Translations under genes and position numbers: made by a program
Assembly (NCBI RefSeq): GCF_000181795.1
Contig: NW_003526948.1
Location: 816,691-880,690, forward strand
Reading direction: 5' to 3'
Length of the DNA stretch: 64,000 bases
From: Trichinella spiralis
Lineage: Eukaryota
The notes under the pieces: model-generated
What the model was told of the DNA's origin: nothing
Database searches by the model: none
What the model saw: the letters and a program-made list of their open reading frames with translations, nothing else
Shown here: positions 48,701 to 60,500 of the stretch, in pieces
Layout: every line of letters begins with the position of its first letter
Numbering within the stretch: position 1 is the stretch's first letter

Positions 48701-51700
48701 AACATTTCACGATTGCCTAATTGTTTAATAATTGTCGGGATATTATCAGTTTAATGGAAACGCAAGAACAGAAAATTGAGAAGTTGCTTTTTTGATGATT
48801 GTTTGTTTGAAATGGAAATAGTGTTACAGTGTTACTTTTCCTAATAAAATAGCTGCACTGTGCATTTTGCATAAATTATTTTAAAGGTACGGACGCAAGC
48901 AAACCCAGTTGCTTATAAAGTAAGAAGAAAAATTGTTTAGTTGTGATTTTTAGACGAATGGATAAAAGTGGATATCATTTGCTGACGTCTTAATTTGTTC
49001 CTTAGGGACGATAGATAGATGGATGGATAATGAGAACACGAGGCTTTTGAAATAGTATGGCGACAATTTATAAATACAGTCGTCCCTCAACATTCGTGGA
49101 TTTTATTATTTGTATATTTCAGAACCGCCAAAAAGAAAAATGCTATTTTTAGCCCCTAGTGTGTATGTATGCTGCAGGTTCAGTGCATAGTTGTTTCCGT
49201 TTATGAAGTTCCACACCATAACAATAGTGATTACGACTTAATCAAACTGAAAGGCTGAATAATTGCTACTAATTGCTAAGATGAGAAAAAGATAAAAACA
49301 TTAGGATGCACAGAAAAGGGGACGCTGCGAACAGGAGGTTAGCTTACGGCAGCACCGGTTCTGCGATTCCAGACACTTGGTCCAGACTGGTCAACCGGTC
49401 CGGATATGTCTGGAAGCGCAGTATTTCCGCTTGCATGCTAGCGCAGTCCCACACCAAGTATTCGCGGAAATTCGACATTCGCTTAACGCTCATATCGCGA
49501 ATGTTGAGGACCAACTACAGCTGCTTTTTTTAAATCCACATTTCTCAGCAATTAACGTAAGTATTTATATCCGTGTAATGCATTGTAAATGAGAAACCGA
49601 TAACGGCAGAAATTTTTATTGGTTTCACTAGCAGAGTTTAATTGCAGAAAAGAAATCTTCGACAGACAGGCGGCTTGAACTATTTAATATTGCTGTTTGT
49701 GAGAAAAAGATTGATACTTAATTTGAAATTTAACCATGAAGTTCTAAATGCTGCTGTTATTTTTTGATTTCACTGACCTTTGTTTTGTCAAAAACAACGA
49801 TCTGCTTAATAATGACTAATCATCTATCATTCATTGTTTGTTTGTTTGTTTTTATCTTTTCTAAAGTGTTAGATTTATGATAGATTAGTTTTAGAGCACT
49901 GTAGTCGCATTTTGCAGTGTTGTGTGTTTAGAAGTGCGTTATCAAGTTAGTTATCAGCAGGGTTAGGTTGACAAATATTGCTTGTTTGGCATACTTGGCC
50001 AAGCAAATCTGTTGGTGAGTGTTCTGTAGAAGCAATTTCATACAGCAGTGATCATCAGCAAGAATATAAAAGTTGCACTTTGTTTTTCTTATATTTGGTT
50101 GATTTTTCCGCCGTTGGTTTCATATATTCAAAATCTCCTTTTAACATTATGTCCGCATTTGACATTACGTGTGAGTGTTTTCTACTTAGAAATGCAAATA
50201 TTTGCTAAACTCAGCGGCCGCGTTGACTTGGTGTTCGCAGATTATCAGCACGCTACTATGACGTTGGCGTTGATTTGCCGTTTATGGAATTGTTGGTTAC
50301 ATGAATCGTTAAGGGAATTCTCTAAATATAGGTTTAAAATTGCATTGTTTTCTCGAACAAATTGTTTAACCTTTTTACATCTTATCCAAACGCTCACCAC
50401 AAATTCCAGACGTCAATTTTTGTTAGCATCGATTTGTTTCTCTTTTGTTTCCTTTTTATTATTTGCAAATATTTGTTGCTTACAATTACAGTTTCAGTTT
50501 GACTAGACATTATTTGTTTGCATTTATCGCCATAATCTGTTTAATTTGCATAGATTAATTTTTGCTCGCACTCGCAAGCAGTAAATGGGATAAAAGTAAG
50601 ATAATGTAACGCACTTCATTCAGTTCTTTTTCACAATACAAAGTTTTAGTCAGTTGAAATGAAAACAGTGGTTTTTCTATAATATAATTACTGCCGTATT
50701 ACTTGAATAATGAATGAAAAATGAACGTAGCATCATAATTTTGATAACAAAGCAGAGTTTATATGGAAGCACAATTTACAATCAATAAATAAATGGCGTT
50801 GGACATTATTATAAGCAGAGACTGTTTATTGTTGTAAATTTTAAAAAATCTTAAAAAATAGATAATGTTTATAATGAATATCTTCAAATATGTAGTGTTT
50901 ATTTTTTGTATTCAGAAACCAAAGTGCATAAAGCTAACAGCACAGCGCATATTTGTTGAAGAGACACATTTTAGACGGCTGATCAGTTGAATGTCGTTCT
51001 TTGCGACAGTGCAGATCACGTGTTGCTGCTTTGTGATATGTCAGTCAGTAAGTTGGTCGGTCGGTCAGTGAGATGGGCAAAAAGGCAATTTTTAAAACAA
51101 TACATACCGCTGCTTTTCAGTTGTTTTCAAACTGTTATGTTAATGCTACTGATTTATTGAATTTTATTTAAAGCGTAGCTTATGTAAATTTCGATAGCTT
51201 TTTTTGATTATATTCAATTTTTTCAAGACTGTTGCTAGAGGAAAAAGACAGTATTATTATGCTCAACAGTTTTGCCACTTGCTAAAAAAGAATACAACAG
51301 TCAAAAAGGAGGCAAGTTGTGTTGTGTTCATCATCGCTGTTGTATTTAGATATCGTTATAATAAGAAAAGTTGTTCAGCTCTAAAGCGTTAATTGAAGAT
51401 TGCAATTATAGGTGGAGTTTTCTTTTCAGAACAGTTAATTCACCAATTTGACGTCAAACTAACTCATTGATATATGCATTGATGAAGAAAACAGGTGGCG
51501 TAGTATGTAAACGTTTGCTTTCAATCGTCAAGCGTTTGTTACTTTGTCGCTTCATTCGCGCTCTTGTGCATGCATGCATGCTATGTTGAACTTAAGCATT
51601 TTATTTTATTTTATTTTTTCTCTGATGGTTTAAATTGATTATATTAAATTCAGTTAGTTTGGTAGCAAAAGGTGGTGCTCTGTTCATTTTATGTCTGGTC

Positions 51701-53207
51701 CACTGTTACTGTTATTGTTGTGCTTATTCAGTTTCAGTGTATTGCTGCTTTTTCTCTTGTGCAATTTTAATTTTCACTGCTTAAACTCGTGTTCGTATCA
51801 TTTTTGTTTTTTTATTTCTGTGAATATCACTGAGAGCAAATGAACTGAATAGACGCGCTTGGATTTTCAATTTTTTCGTTCGGTTTTAAAAATCTCCACA
51901 CTCCTATCACTAATTACTAGGATGATGATTGAAATTTATTTGCAGCTATCTTGCATTATTATTTTCTTTTTATTGCAACATAATGCGGTTTTCAGGTAGA
52001 TGATTTTGGATTTTTAAAATAGGTTTGCACGATTTTTAATTAGACCACCTTTGATGATACTTAATAAGGAAGAAAAGTACAAAAATGATACAAAATTTTG
52101 GAATAGAAATTTCAGAAACGTATATTTGCTTTACTTTCCCGGCTACACAGTCAGTGTTACTGTGGAAATTGTTTGTTATGCATGGGCTGTCATCCGTTAT
52201 AATTGGTGAAATTTGAAAATTTGTTATCATTTTTATCATCAGCAATAATATAGCATAACAGAAATTGTTGCTAGTATAAATTTATACTTATCAAATGTGA
52301 AATGAATTCCATTTTTTGCAGAAATTTGCACGTATAATCAGATTTGCAGGGACTGTTTCTGCTTTTAAGATTGTTAAAGTGTTTTGTCATTTTAGGGGCA
52401 AGTCTCACGTACAGCATTATAAAGAGATCTCGTCAGCGCGTGAATTTCAACCACATCCAGATCATTTTTATTATATTCTCGGTTATAATCCAGAAACCAA
52501 CAGGCTGGCGACTATTCAGGGAGAAATTCGTGTCGGGCTCACTTATCAAGCCCGACTGCCTGAATACAAATCAGACAATGACTCTTGTGAAGAGGAAGAA
52601 GCTGCAAGAGAAACACTGGTATGGGCACCTAATCGAATTGCTGACTCAGACTTGGTGGTATTTTTGCAAGCAGCTCGGTGCGTTTCTTTTACAAAAGTGT
52701 ATGATATATCTATCTAAGCGATAAAGTAAGTGAACATGTTTCAGTAGTATGGCTGCTTTTGCTGGTATGTGTGACAGCGGTTCGACTGAAGACGGGTGTC
52801 TGGCTGCGGCCCGAGATCAGATAACTATCAACGCATTCAATGCGGTGAGTTATTATTATTTAGCAGTTAACGGTTAAAGCAAAATTTTCTGTCTGTGACC
52901 ATGGCAAACAAATATTTTTTTACAGCTGCACAGAAACGATTACGACACGGGTAAAGCTTTACAAGAGCTTGTTAAGAACCCATTGCCATTGTCAGCCGAC
53001 AAGCGCTGGTCAGAAGAAGAAACGGTAAAGAATTTTTAGCTAACCTAAAGTAGCTACTTCAGTTTCATTACGAAGTGTCTGTCTGCTTGTTTTAGAAAAA
53101 ATTTGTCAAAGGGTTGAAGCAGTATGGAAAGAACTTTTTTAAGATACGCAAAGAGTTGCTGCCGCACAAACAGACGGTAAGGAATAATATATATGTATAT
53201 ATATGTG

Positions 53208-53242
<35 letters not shown>

Positions 53243-56200
53243 AGAGAATGGAGAAGGTATTTACTAATAACTGCACAATCTTACTAATGTGATTTTTGTT
53301 TGTAGTTGGATTTTAATTAAAAAAATTAATTTTAGAAATAAAAATATAGTTTTTGTGTAAGTGCACAAGTTTTGTTATTATTTTTTGTAAAAGGTATTTT
53401 AGAATTGAACTATTAATGTCTGCGCATGCATCTAACTTATAGTGTTACCTTTGTTTTGAATTTTTAGTGATCAAATATTAAAATCACTTGTGATATTGTT
53501 TGGTCATTTAGGATTATTTATTCAGTTTATTTTAGTTAATTGAGAACAAGTAGATATATTAAGCAGTTGTTATTGTAGGCTGATTTGGTTGAGTATTATT
53601 ACCTCTGGAAAAAGTATCCGTCGGCTTTGCATCAGCGACCTCGAGCACGTCATCGTCGAGCACAGACATCTGTTTTAAGGCGGGTGAAACCAAATGGCAG
53701 TAGTCGAGCTGCTTCTCGGCCAACATCTTCAGAATTTTGTACATTATGCGTTATTTGGCTGATATACTTACTTATACTTGCACTTTTATGTATTAAATAT
53801 TAAATTTTGTTGTAGTGGATCTGAGCTCAGCTAGTGAAAATGAATGTGACTCAGACGAATCGAATTCAAAAGATTCATCCGTTTACGCTTGTCATCATTG
53901 TTATACAACCAGTAAGTGTAGATAATTGATCAGTTGATTAAAGAGCGGCCATTATCATAATCATAATCTTTTAAAGATTCAAAAAACTGGCACCACGCTG
54001 GAAAAGAGCGAACATTGTTGTGCACAGAATGTAGATTGCATTTTAAAAAGTACGGCGAACTGCGTCCAGTGGTTAGACCTCGTACACCGCCGTCAGTGCT
54101 TTTCAAGCCAGCGAAAGAAGAATTAGAAGAGATGAACTATACTGGTGGCATACGTACTCGACGCAGTAATAAAGATTACGGGTCAGCTGCTTCTCGTCGA
54201 CATGCGGTGACACCCACAGCAGCTGAATTAGAGAAAACTCGCCATGCGGGCAGCTCACGTGTGTCTTGCAACGGTAATAATGACAAGCCTCTTGGTCCGA
54301 AAAGTCCCAGCAGCGCTTCGACTAGCAGCACAAGCAGCAGTATCACTGCAGCGGAATTGCCAGAAACAAAGGTAGCGTGTGCTTCGTGGAATTTGCTTCC
54401 GTGATAACAATGAGTACTTATTTTTAGAAGTTACCCCGCGCAAAAGGTGGTGGAAAGAAACGAAAGGTTGAAAAAACGTCACCTGCTTTGTCTACTGTAG
54501 ATGAGACTGTATCTACTGCGACCAAACGATCGACCAAGAAGTCCCAGGCAACAGTGACAGCAGAACCGACAGCTACTACTGATTCAACGACGTCTGAATT
54601 GAATAACAACGGTGCCGCAGCTAGTGATAATGATGACATTACTCCTGATCACAGTTCATCAGTTTCTAGTCCACCTTTGTCTAACGATCGATCAGCAACG
54701 CCGAAAAAGTTGGCGCCATCAATTGAGGAGTCAATTGATTGTGTTGTTCGGGGAAGTCTTATTGCAAATTCACCAAAGTGGAAATCTCCCAACAACAATG
54801 GCGATACTACAGAGAAGCCAGAAAGTAGTAGTCCTGCTCTATCTACGATATTACCAGTTGAAAATGCTGAGCAACAGCTGCAGCTGATCAGAACAAATGA
54901 AAAAGCCACAATCAAAGCAGCCTCTGATGTCAGCGCAGCAGTTGTAAGCGCTGATGCACTATCAACACCACCTTTAACAACAACAATGGCAACAACAACA
55001 ACAACAACAACGGCAACTTCGGTTTTAGTTACTGTCAAACAAGGGGAGCATTCTGCCACACCGATATCTTCACCGCTTGCAGTGACTTCGGCGTCTCAAC
55101 AGTTACCATCTGAACTTACCAGTAGTCACGTCAATGTACTCAAGGAACCATCGTCGTTGGTTTTGTCTGGTCTTCTCAGTAGAAGTAGTGCACCTAGCAT
55201 TCCAGCGCATTCGCTTTGTCAAAACAGTCAGGCTGTTTGCACAACTACATCGGCAATTACTTCAGCCGCTTGTAGTGTTATCAAAGAGACCGTTATGCTT
55301 CTCAAAGAGCAACAACCAAATGAACAAATCGACAGCGAAGATGACGTAGACTATAACGGTTCTGTATTACCAGCAGCCAAAGAACCTGAACCGAAGATTG
55401 ATGATGGTACAGAGTGTCACCGCAGTGCTAATGCAATGTGAGTGATGATTCTTTTATTTCTAAAAAATCTTTTAAAATTTGGCGGTTATTTTAAAACGAT
55501 GATAAGATCAAAATAAAGTGAATATACATTACAGTAAGCAGTTGTTAACTGATACGTACGTTTTCAGATTTCGTCGTCACTGGTACAGAGGCTCATCGAA
55601 TTCATGTTCCAGAACAGATTTAATATTTGTACCATTGCCTGATTCACCGCTGGCAAAAAAGCGGCAGAAAGAAGCGACGCTTCGACGGCAGACTGAAATC
55701 AAGGAAGAAAAAGTACTGTGTTAACTTTTTGTATGAATGCAAATGTGTTAAATATTTATTTTCTTTTTTTTTTTGAAGAAAGAGCGACATGCGCAATATT
55801 TATCCTCGTCTACGTCCACAACATTGACAACAACGTCAGCGCAAACTAATCTGACTGTTACAACACCAAGTACTGGTTTACACGCAACAGCATCTCCTTT
55901 TGGTACAGGTTTGCCAAATAATTTTAATATGCTTCCGATGACAACATTCCATGCGTCATCGCATGATCTACCTGCACTGCAACGCTTGAAAGAGTACGCA
56001 TCTGCAGCTGCCAGCGCGTGCACCCCTGGATCACCGTCTTTTCATCAGGCAGCTTTGCTTGATCCTGTTTTGCAGTATCGTATTCTGAGTGGACTTTATG
56101 GTCCAGCCGAGAAAGAACGGTAAGTTCTGCTTCTCAGAAACGTAAAAAGACTGCAGTTAAATTAATACTGTTTATTAGGTGGTTTTGTTAATTACAGTTT

Positions 56201-57583
56201 TTGTTTGATTCCATGTATGATTAGGCGCAAGAGAATTTAATCAATTTTGTCTTATATAGATTAGAGCAGGAGTTACGTGAACGTCAGCATGATTTAATAA
56301 AGCGTGATTATGAATTGTCAAAGTCGCTGTTTTCATTGTCAAGCACTGCACCGTTGTCACATCAACAAGCAGCTGCTGCGGGTAACATTGGCTTGCCCGG
56401 TGTTAGTCCAATGGCAGGGGGTGACGCACGTCAAATGCTTGGTGGCTTTCCCGGTCAATTTTCTCCCGTTAATTCAGCACAGGCTATGGCTGCCGCTGCC
56501 GCAGCCGCAGCAGCTGCTGCAGGCTCTGCAGGTGCAGCTGGTGGTAATGCTGCGAGTACTTTGCCATTGAACGTAATAGATCAGGCAACTTTGGATCGCG
56601 TGCAAACTGACCGTCTTTTGCACGAACGAATGCAACTTGGTAACTTTTTTACGGCATTAAAAATTTTTTGAATGGTTTTCAAATTATTATCAGAAGTGAT
56701 ATTATGTTATAATATTATGGTTTTTCAGAGCGTTTGGCCCAGCTATATCCAAGTAATCCAATCTTACGAATTGAGATAGATCGTTTATCAGCTGCTTTGT
56801 CAGCGATTGCAACTCAGCATCACACGCACAGTCATACCCATTCGCACACACACTTGCATATTCATCCTTCGTCTGCAAGCTCATCAGGTGCACCTGAATC
56901 GACAACTACGAGTAGCATAGCTGCGACACCTCATCCACAATTATGGGGTGCTGGAGGAGCCGCATTTCCTACTGCAGCTGAGCAGTTAATGCAGCAATAT
57001 TCTACACTATTTCGACCTGCACCAGGCGCGTTAACAGCTTTGGACAATGGTGTGGGTGCTAGTCATTTGATGGCATCAGTGCCTGGTTTACCACCACCCG
57101 GTCTTAACATGCACGCTGCCACTGTACTCGATCCACTTGCTGCTGAACGTCTTCAGCAGGTAAGATTTTACTTTGTATTTTATTTTTCTTTTCATAAGCT
57201 AATTATTTGTTGTTGTTTTTTTTCTGAATTCATTTTCCGCTTTTCAGCTTCAGCAAGAGCATATGCAACGTCATATGTTGCTGGAAAGAGATCGACTGAT
57301 GACTGCACAGCAGCAAGTTGCCATGCAGCATAATGAAATGATGCGGTAAGTAAGAATTAAGGATATGAATAAGTCATTCACCATAAAGTGCTTATTATTT
57401 GAAAAGCTTCCTTTATTATCATGATTTTGTTTACATAATAATCTCAGAGTTTTTATATCTTATAATATTTTGTTTTATTGCAGTCGCTTGCAACAGGAGG
57501 GTAGCTTATTGGGCAATCCTGGTGCCCCTGGCGCTGTTGGTGGTCTGCTGCGATCTGACCGACCTTCATTTGAGAAGCCTTAG
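34012..57583 (+). CDS. RERE: RERE / atrophin family transcriptional co-regulator (EGL-27/Grunge-related): BAH-ELM2-SANT-GATA ZnF-atrophin, 18 exons, ~1400 aa
   Basis: Exons 34012-34216, 38383-38453, 43564-43672, 47448-47547, 52396-52677, 52745-52844, 52926-53024, 53096-53176, 53579-53738, 53816-53911, 53977-54371, 54428-55437, 55568-55712, 55779-56119, 56260-56639, 56729-57159, 57248-57345, 57484-57583 (4203 nt, phases consistent). [70 protein letters not shown]2: [66 protein letters not shown]...[22 protein letters not shown]...[16 protein letters not shown]. Atrophin: [22 protein letters not shown]. Confidence 0.95.
37969..38000. repeat. (AT)n microsatellite in RERE intron 1
   Basis: Direct reading of the sequence. 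Confidence 0.9.
38995..39060 (+). ncRNA. Candidate pre-miRNA-like hairpin in RERE intron 2
   Basis: CCAGTTGTGTTGCCGACC(39003-20) pairs with GGCCGGCAGCACAACTGG(39033-50) at 17 of 18 positions. The stem extends inward (GGCA/TGTC) and outward (GTTGA/T-CAAT). Confidence 0.3.
43230..43364. repeat. Compound (CTG)/(TTG)/(ATG) trinucleotide low-complexity tract in RERE intron 2
   Basis: GCTGCTGCTG...TTGTTGTTG...GATGATGAT; this tract produces the spurious poly-C/poly-L ORF at 43226. Confidence 0.9.
45718..45752. repeat. (TA)n microsatellite in RERE intron 3
   Basis: Direct reading of the sequence. Confidence 0.9.
46122..46147. repeat. (GT)n microsatellite in RERE intron 3
   Basis: Direct reading of the sequence. 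Confidence 0.9.
49349..49531 (+). ncRNA. Candidate structured non-coding RNA in RERE intron 4 (closing stem + three hairpins + T7); family unassigned
   Basis: GCAGC(49349-53)/GCTGC(49520-24); GGTTCT(49357-62)/AGGACC(49507-12); TTCCAGACA(49367-75)/TGTCTGGAA(49407-15) with an inner GACTGG/CCGGTC stem; ATTTCCGC(49423-30)/GCGGAAAT(49464-71); CGACATTCGC(49473-82)/GCGAATGTTG(49497-506); TTTTTTT at 49525-31. Confidence 0.4.
53187..53242. repeat. (TA)n(TG)n compound microsatellite in RERE intron 8
   Basis: Direct reading; it starts ~10 nt after the donor site. Confidence 0.9.
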
Positions 57584-60500
57584 CAATTTTTTCTTCGTGA
57601 CCACTGTGATTGCCTCATCGCTGACAGAATGTAAAGGTCTTTCGCTGATAGTACATTTCGAATTATGCTGTCATATAATGAAGCTGTGTTGTCATTGCAA
57701 ATTCTTTTGCTGCTACAGTCTTATTGTCGTGGTCGCCATTATTTAGATTTTGCCTCGCATTGGATTGGTTGATTACGTTTTGGTTTTGCCAGTGCGAGCT
57801 GCGTTTCTTTGTTTTTATGACAGTTTTATTCGTTCGTTCCCAACCTTTCATATATCATTATTGTTTAACAGCTCTGTTTGCGTTTCACAGTGGTGTTCAT
57901 TACATATTATGCGCTATTTCTTAATTAGTTTTTCTTATATTGCTTTTTTTGAAGACAACTGACTATACACGCTGTACAATTGATGAACTGTTGTTTATTC
58001 GTTTTGTTGCTTTTGGAAATTAAAACTTTAAAAATTTGAAATGCTGAAAAATACTGTTTGTTGCCCCTCTGAATGTTATTTAACAATGTCAACAATGTAA
58101 GATTAACATGTCACCACTATTATCACTCTATGTTCTATTACATGGCAAAGCACGTTGAGTTAGAAAATATTTTGCATTTTTTGCACTGCCTTATTAATAA
58201 GAGTTTCACTTTCATTTCAAATGGAATTTTTTTGCATGTGGAAAAGATTCCAAAAATTTGAAACTATTTTTCACTATTCATAACAGATTGTTAACGTTGT
58301 TTCGTTCTTCATTTCTTCGTTATTTTCACTCACGGAATGCTGAATTGCAATGTTTCATTCATTAGCCAACCAGTACTCGTATATTTATCTGAAGGAAAAA
58401 CCTGTTTGACTATTTAACAATCCCGTTGCTTGTGTTTTGCCCTGACATAAATAATATCGCTAACTATCTTCTGATTGAACCTTAAGAAACAACTGAATGA
58501 CTTTTATACGTTTACATTTGTTTGTATACGTTGTCTCAGCAATTTTCTCCTTTCGTAGTAAAGCCTGTTCATTGCTTTCAACATCATTATTAATGAGGAA
58601 AAAACTTTCTATTCAACAAAATGCTCAGCATTGCATCTGCTTTTTTGCTAAATGTTTTAATAAAGTAAGTTTACACTAAAATATTTACTGAAAGCTACGA
58701 TGAATAATTTCAGGGCTAATATGCTACTTTATATACATGAACATTCAAAAGAGCGTAAGTTGGTTCTATATTATTAAACCGAAAAGTTTGCATATTAATA
58801 AAATTTTGCATAATGTTGTTTGTAATGTAAATAGAAACGTGCAATACGATAAGCCATTCCATTTGATAGCATTCACACGTTGTTACTAATTGAAAATTTG
58901 GTTGGTTATTCGACATGAAGTAATGCATTTTGCTATTTGCATTTGCATAATTTACTTACTGCTGCTTTATTACTTTTAGTCTCATGGCTAATATTGCTCA
59001 ATTTATCGTCATGGCAGCACATACTGAACCTCAGTTCTGTTCTTTAATGATCATTTATGATAGAAGGGCAGACATGCTGCGCTATGCTACGCTATGCATC
59101 TATCTGTGGTTTTACAACTTGGGAAGGAGATTTTATGCTTACTATTGGCACGAATTTAGAGATATGCTGGTCAGAGATTAACCGGTTTTCTTTTATCTAT
59201 TATAATGTTTTATCTTTAGATATTCTCAACCTATACTCGACTGTAGAAAACAAACGGCGATGTATATATACTGTGTGTATTTACATAACTGTAACAATAT
59301 ATGTCACTTTGGAAATTTAGTTGGCTTGAAAATCAATACTAAAAATACAAGTTATCGAAATGAAGAGAATCAACATCTCTTATAGAAAGTTAACAAGTGG
59401 AAATTGTAGGTAAGCATAATAAATATCTTTTGTTATATTCAATGGCATGTTGTGATGATTTTGAAATTCAGATGAATTTGAGATACTTTGTAATTGATTA
59501 AACATATAGCTGACGATGGATTATTAACACAACTTAATAACATTGTGTCTATCATTTTTTAAATGCATGCCTATTCAGCATAAAAAATTTTTTAATTTAG
59601 CAATTTTATTAAGTGATAAACTTTCAGAAACGGGATTCATTCAAAATGGGGAGGGGGGTTTGATAATGTATTTGTTGTATTTTGAATATATTTTAATCAC
59701 AAAACGCTACATTTAAAGTTCACCTTTATAACAGCACCCAATCGTTGAATAAAAAAAAGAATAAAATTCATTAGTCACATGTTTGATATCAATGAAAAGC
59801 TAAATTAATAAGTAATGAGCATTTTATTCTGTGAAATGATTGCTTTTTAAATTTAAATAAAAAAATTTATTTCATGACTGATATCAATCAGAGACGTTTA
59901 GAAAAGATATGATAAAGAAAAGATAAAAAATTTATTTCTCAAGATTTTGTCTATCAATAAAGCACCATCAAAATGATATTTTAAATGGAATAATTGGCCA
60001 TTGCGTGAAAACTTGTCATTTGACAGATTTTTTGAAACTTACATTTACAGATGTTGCGTGTTGTGCTTATTTTTTTTATATTTATATAATGTTCTAGCCA
60101 AAAATGATTAAAGAATAACTAAAAATTAGTTCAGAGAATTGTTCAAAACAAAAATAGTTACTGTATTGTTTAATAACAGCCTAAAGTATAAAACTTAATA
60201 TGAACAGCAAAAGCGTTTCATCACATTATGGTAGCTCTACTAACTGCAAAGAACATTATCTTTTCGTAAGGCTTTTTTTAATCAAGGAGAAAAGCAAATT
60301 CAACAGTGAAGTTTCAGAACTGTATTAACTGATCTTTCGCGTAGTTTTTTTTAAGTTACGTGCTCAGCTGCACAAATCGTTTAGATAAAAATTTTGAAAT
60401 GCGGATGAACCAAGGTAATTTTTATTGAAGAATAATGATTTTCATTGCATTTCGTTTTTTGACATTTGGTTTAACCTTCAGTTAAGGGAGCACATAAAAT

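Noticed and set aside
49311..49531. Identification of the cloverleaf as U11, U1, 7SK, RNase P/MRP, SRP, Y/sbRNA or tRNA
   Set aside because: Only fleeting resemblances (AAAAGGG, GCGGAA..CGACAT, GGATG, ACCAAC). There is no Sm site, no GAUC motifs, no P4 pairing, no SRP helix 8 and no box B, and the spacings do not fit.
54255..56023. Minus-strand ORFs overlapping RERE exons 11-14
   Set aside because: Antisense shadows of Ser/Thr/Ala-rich coding exons, with no independent gene signals.
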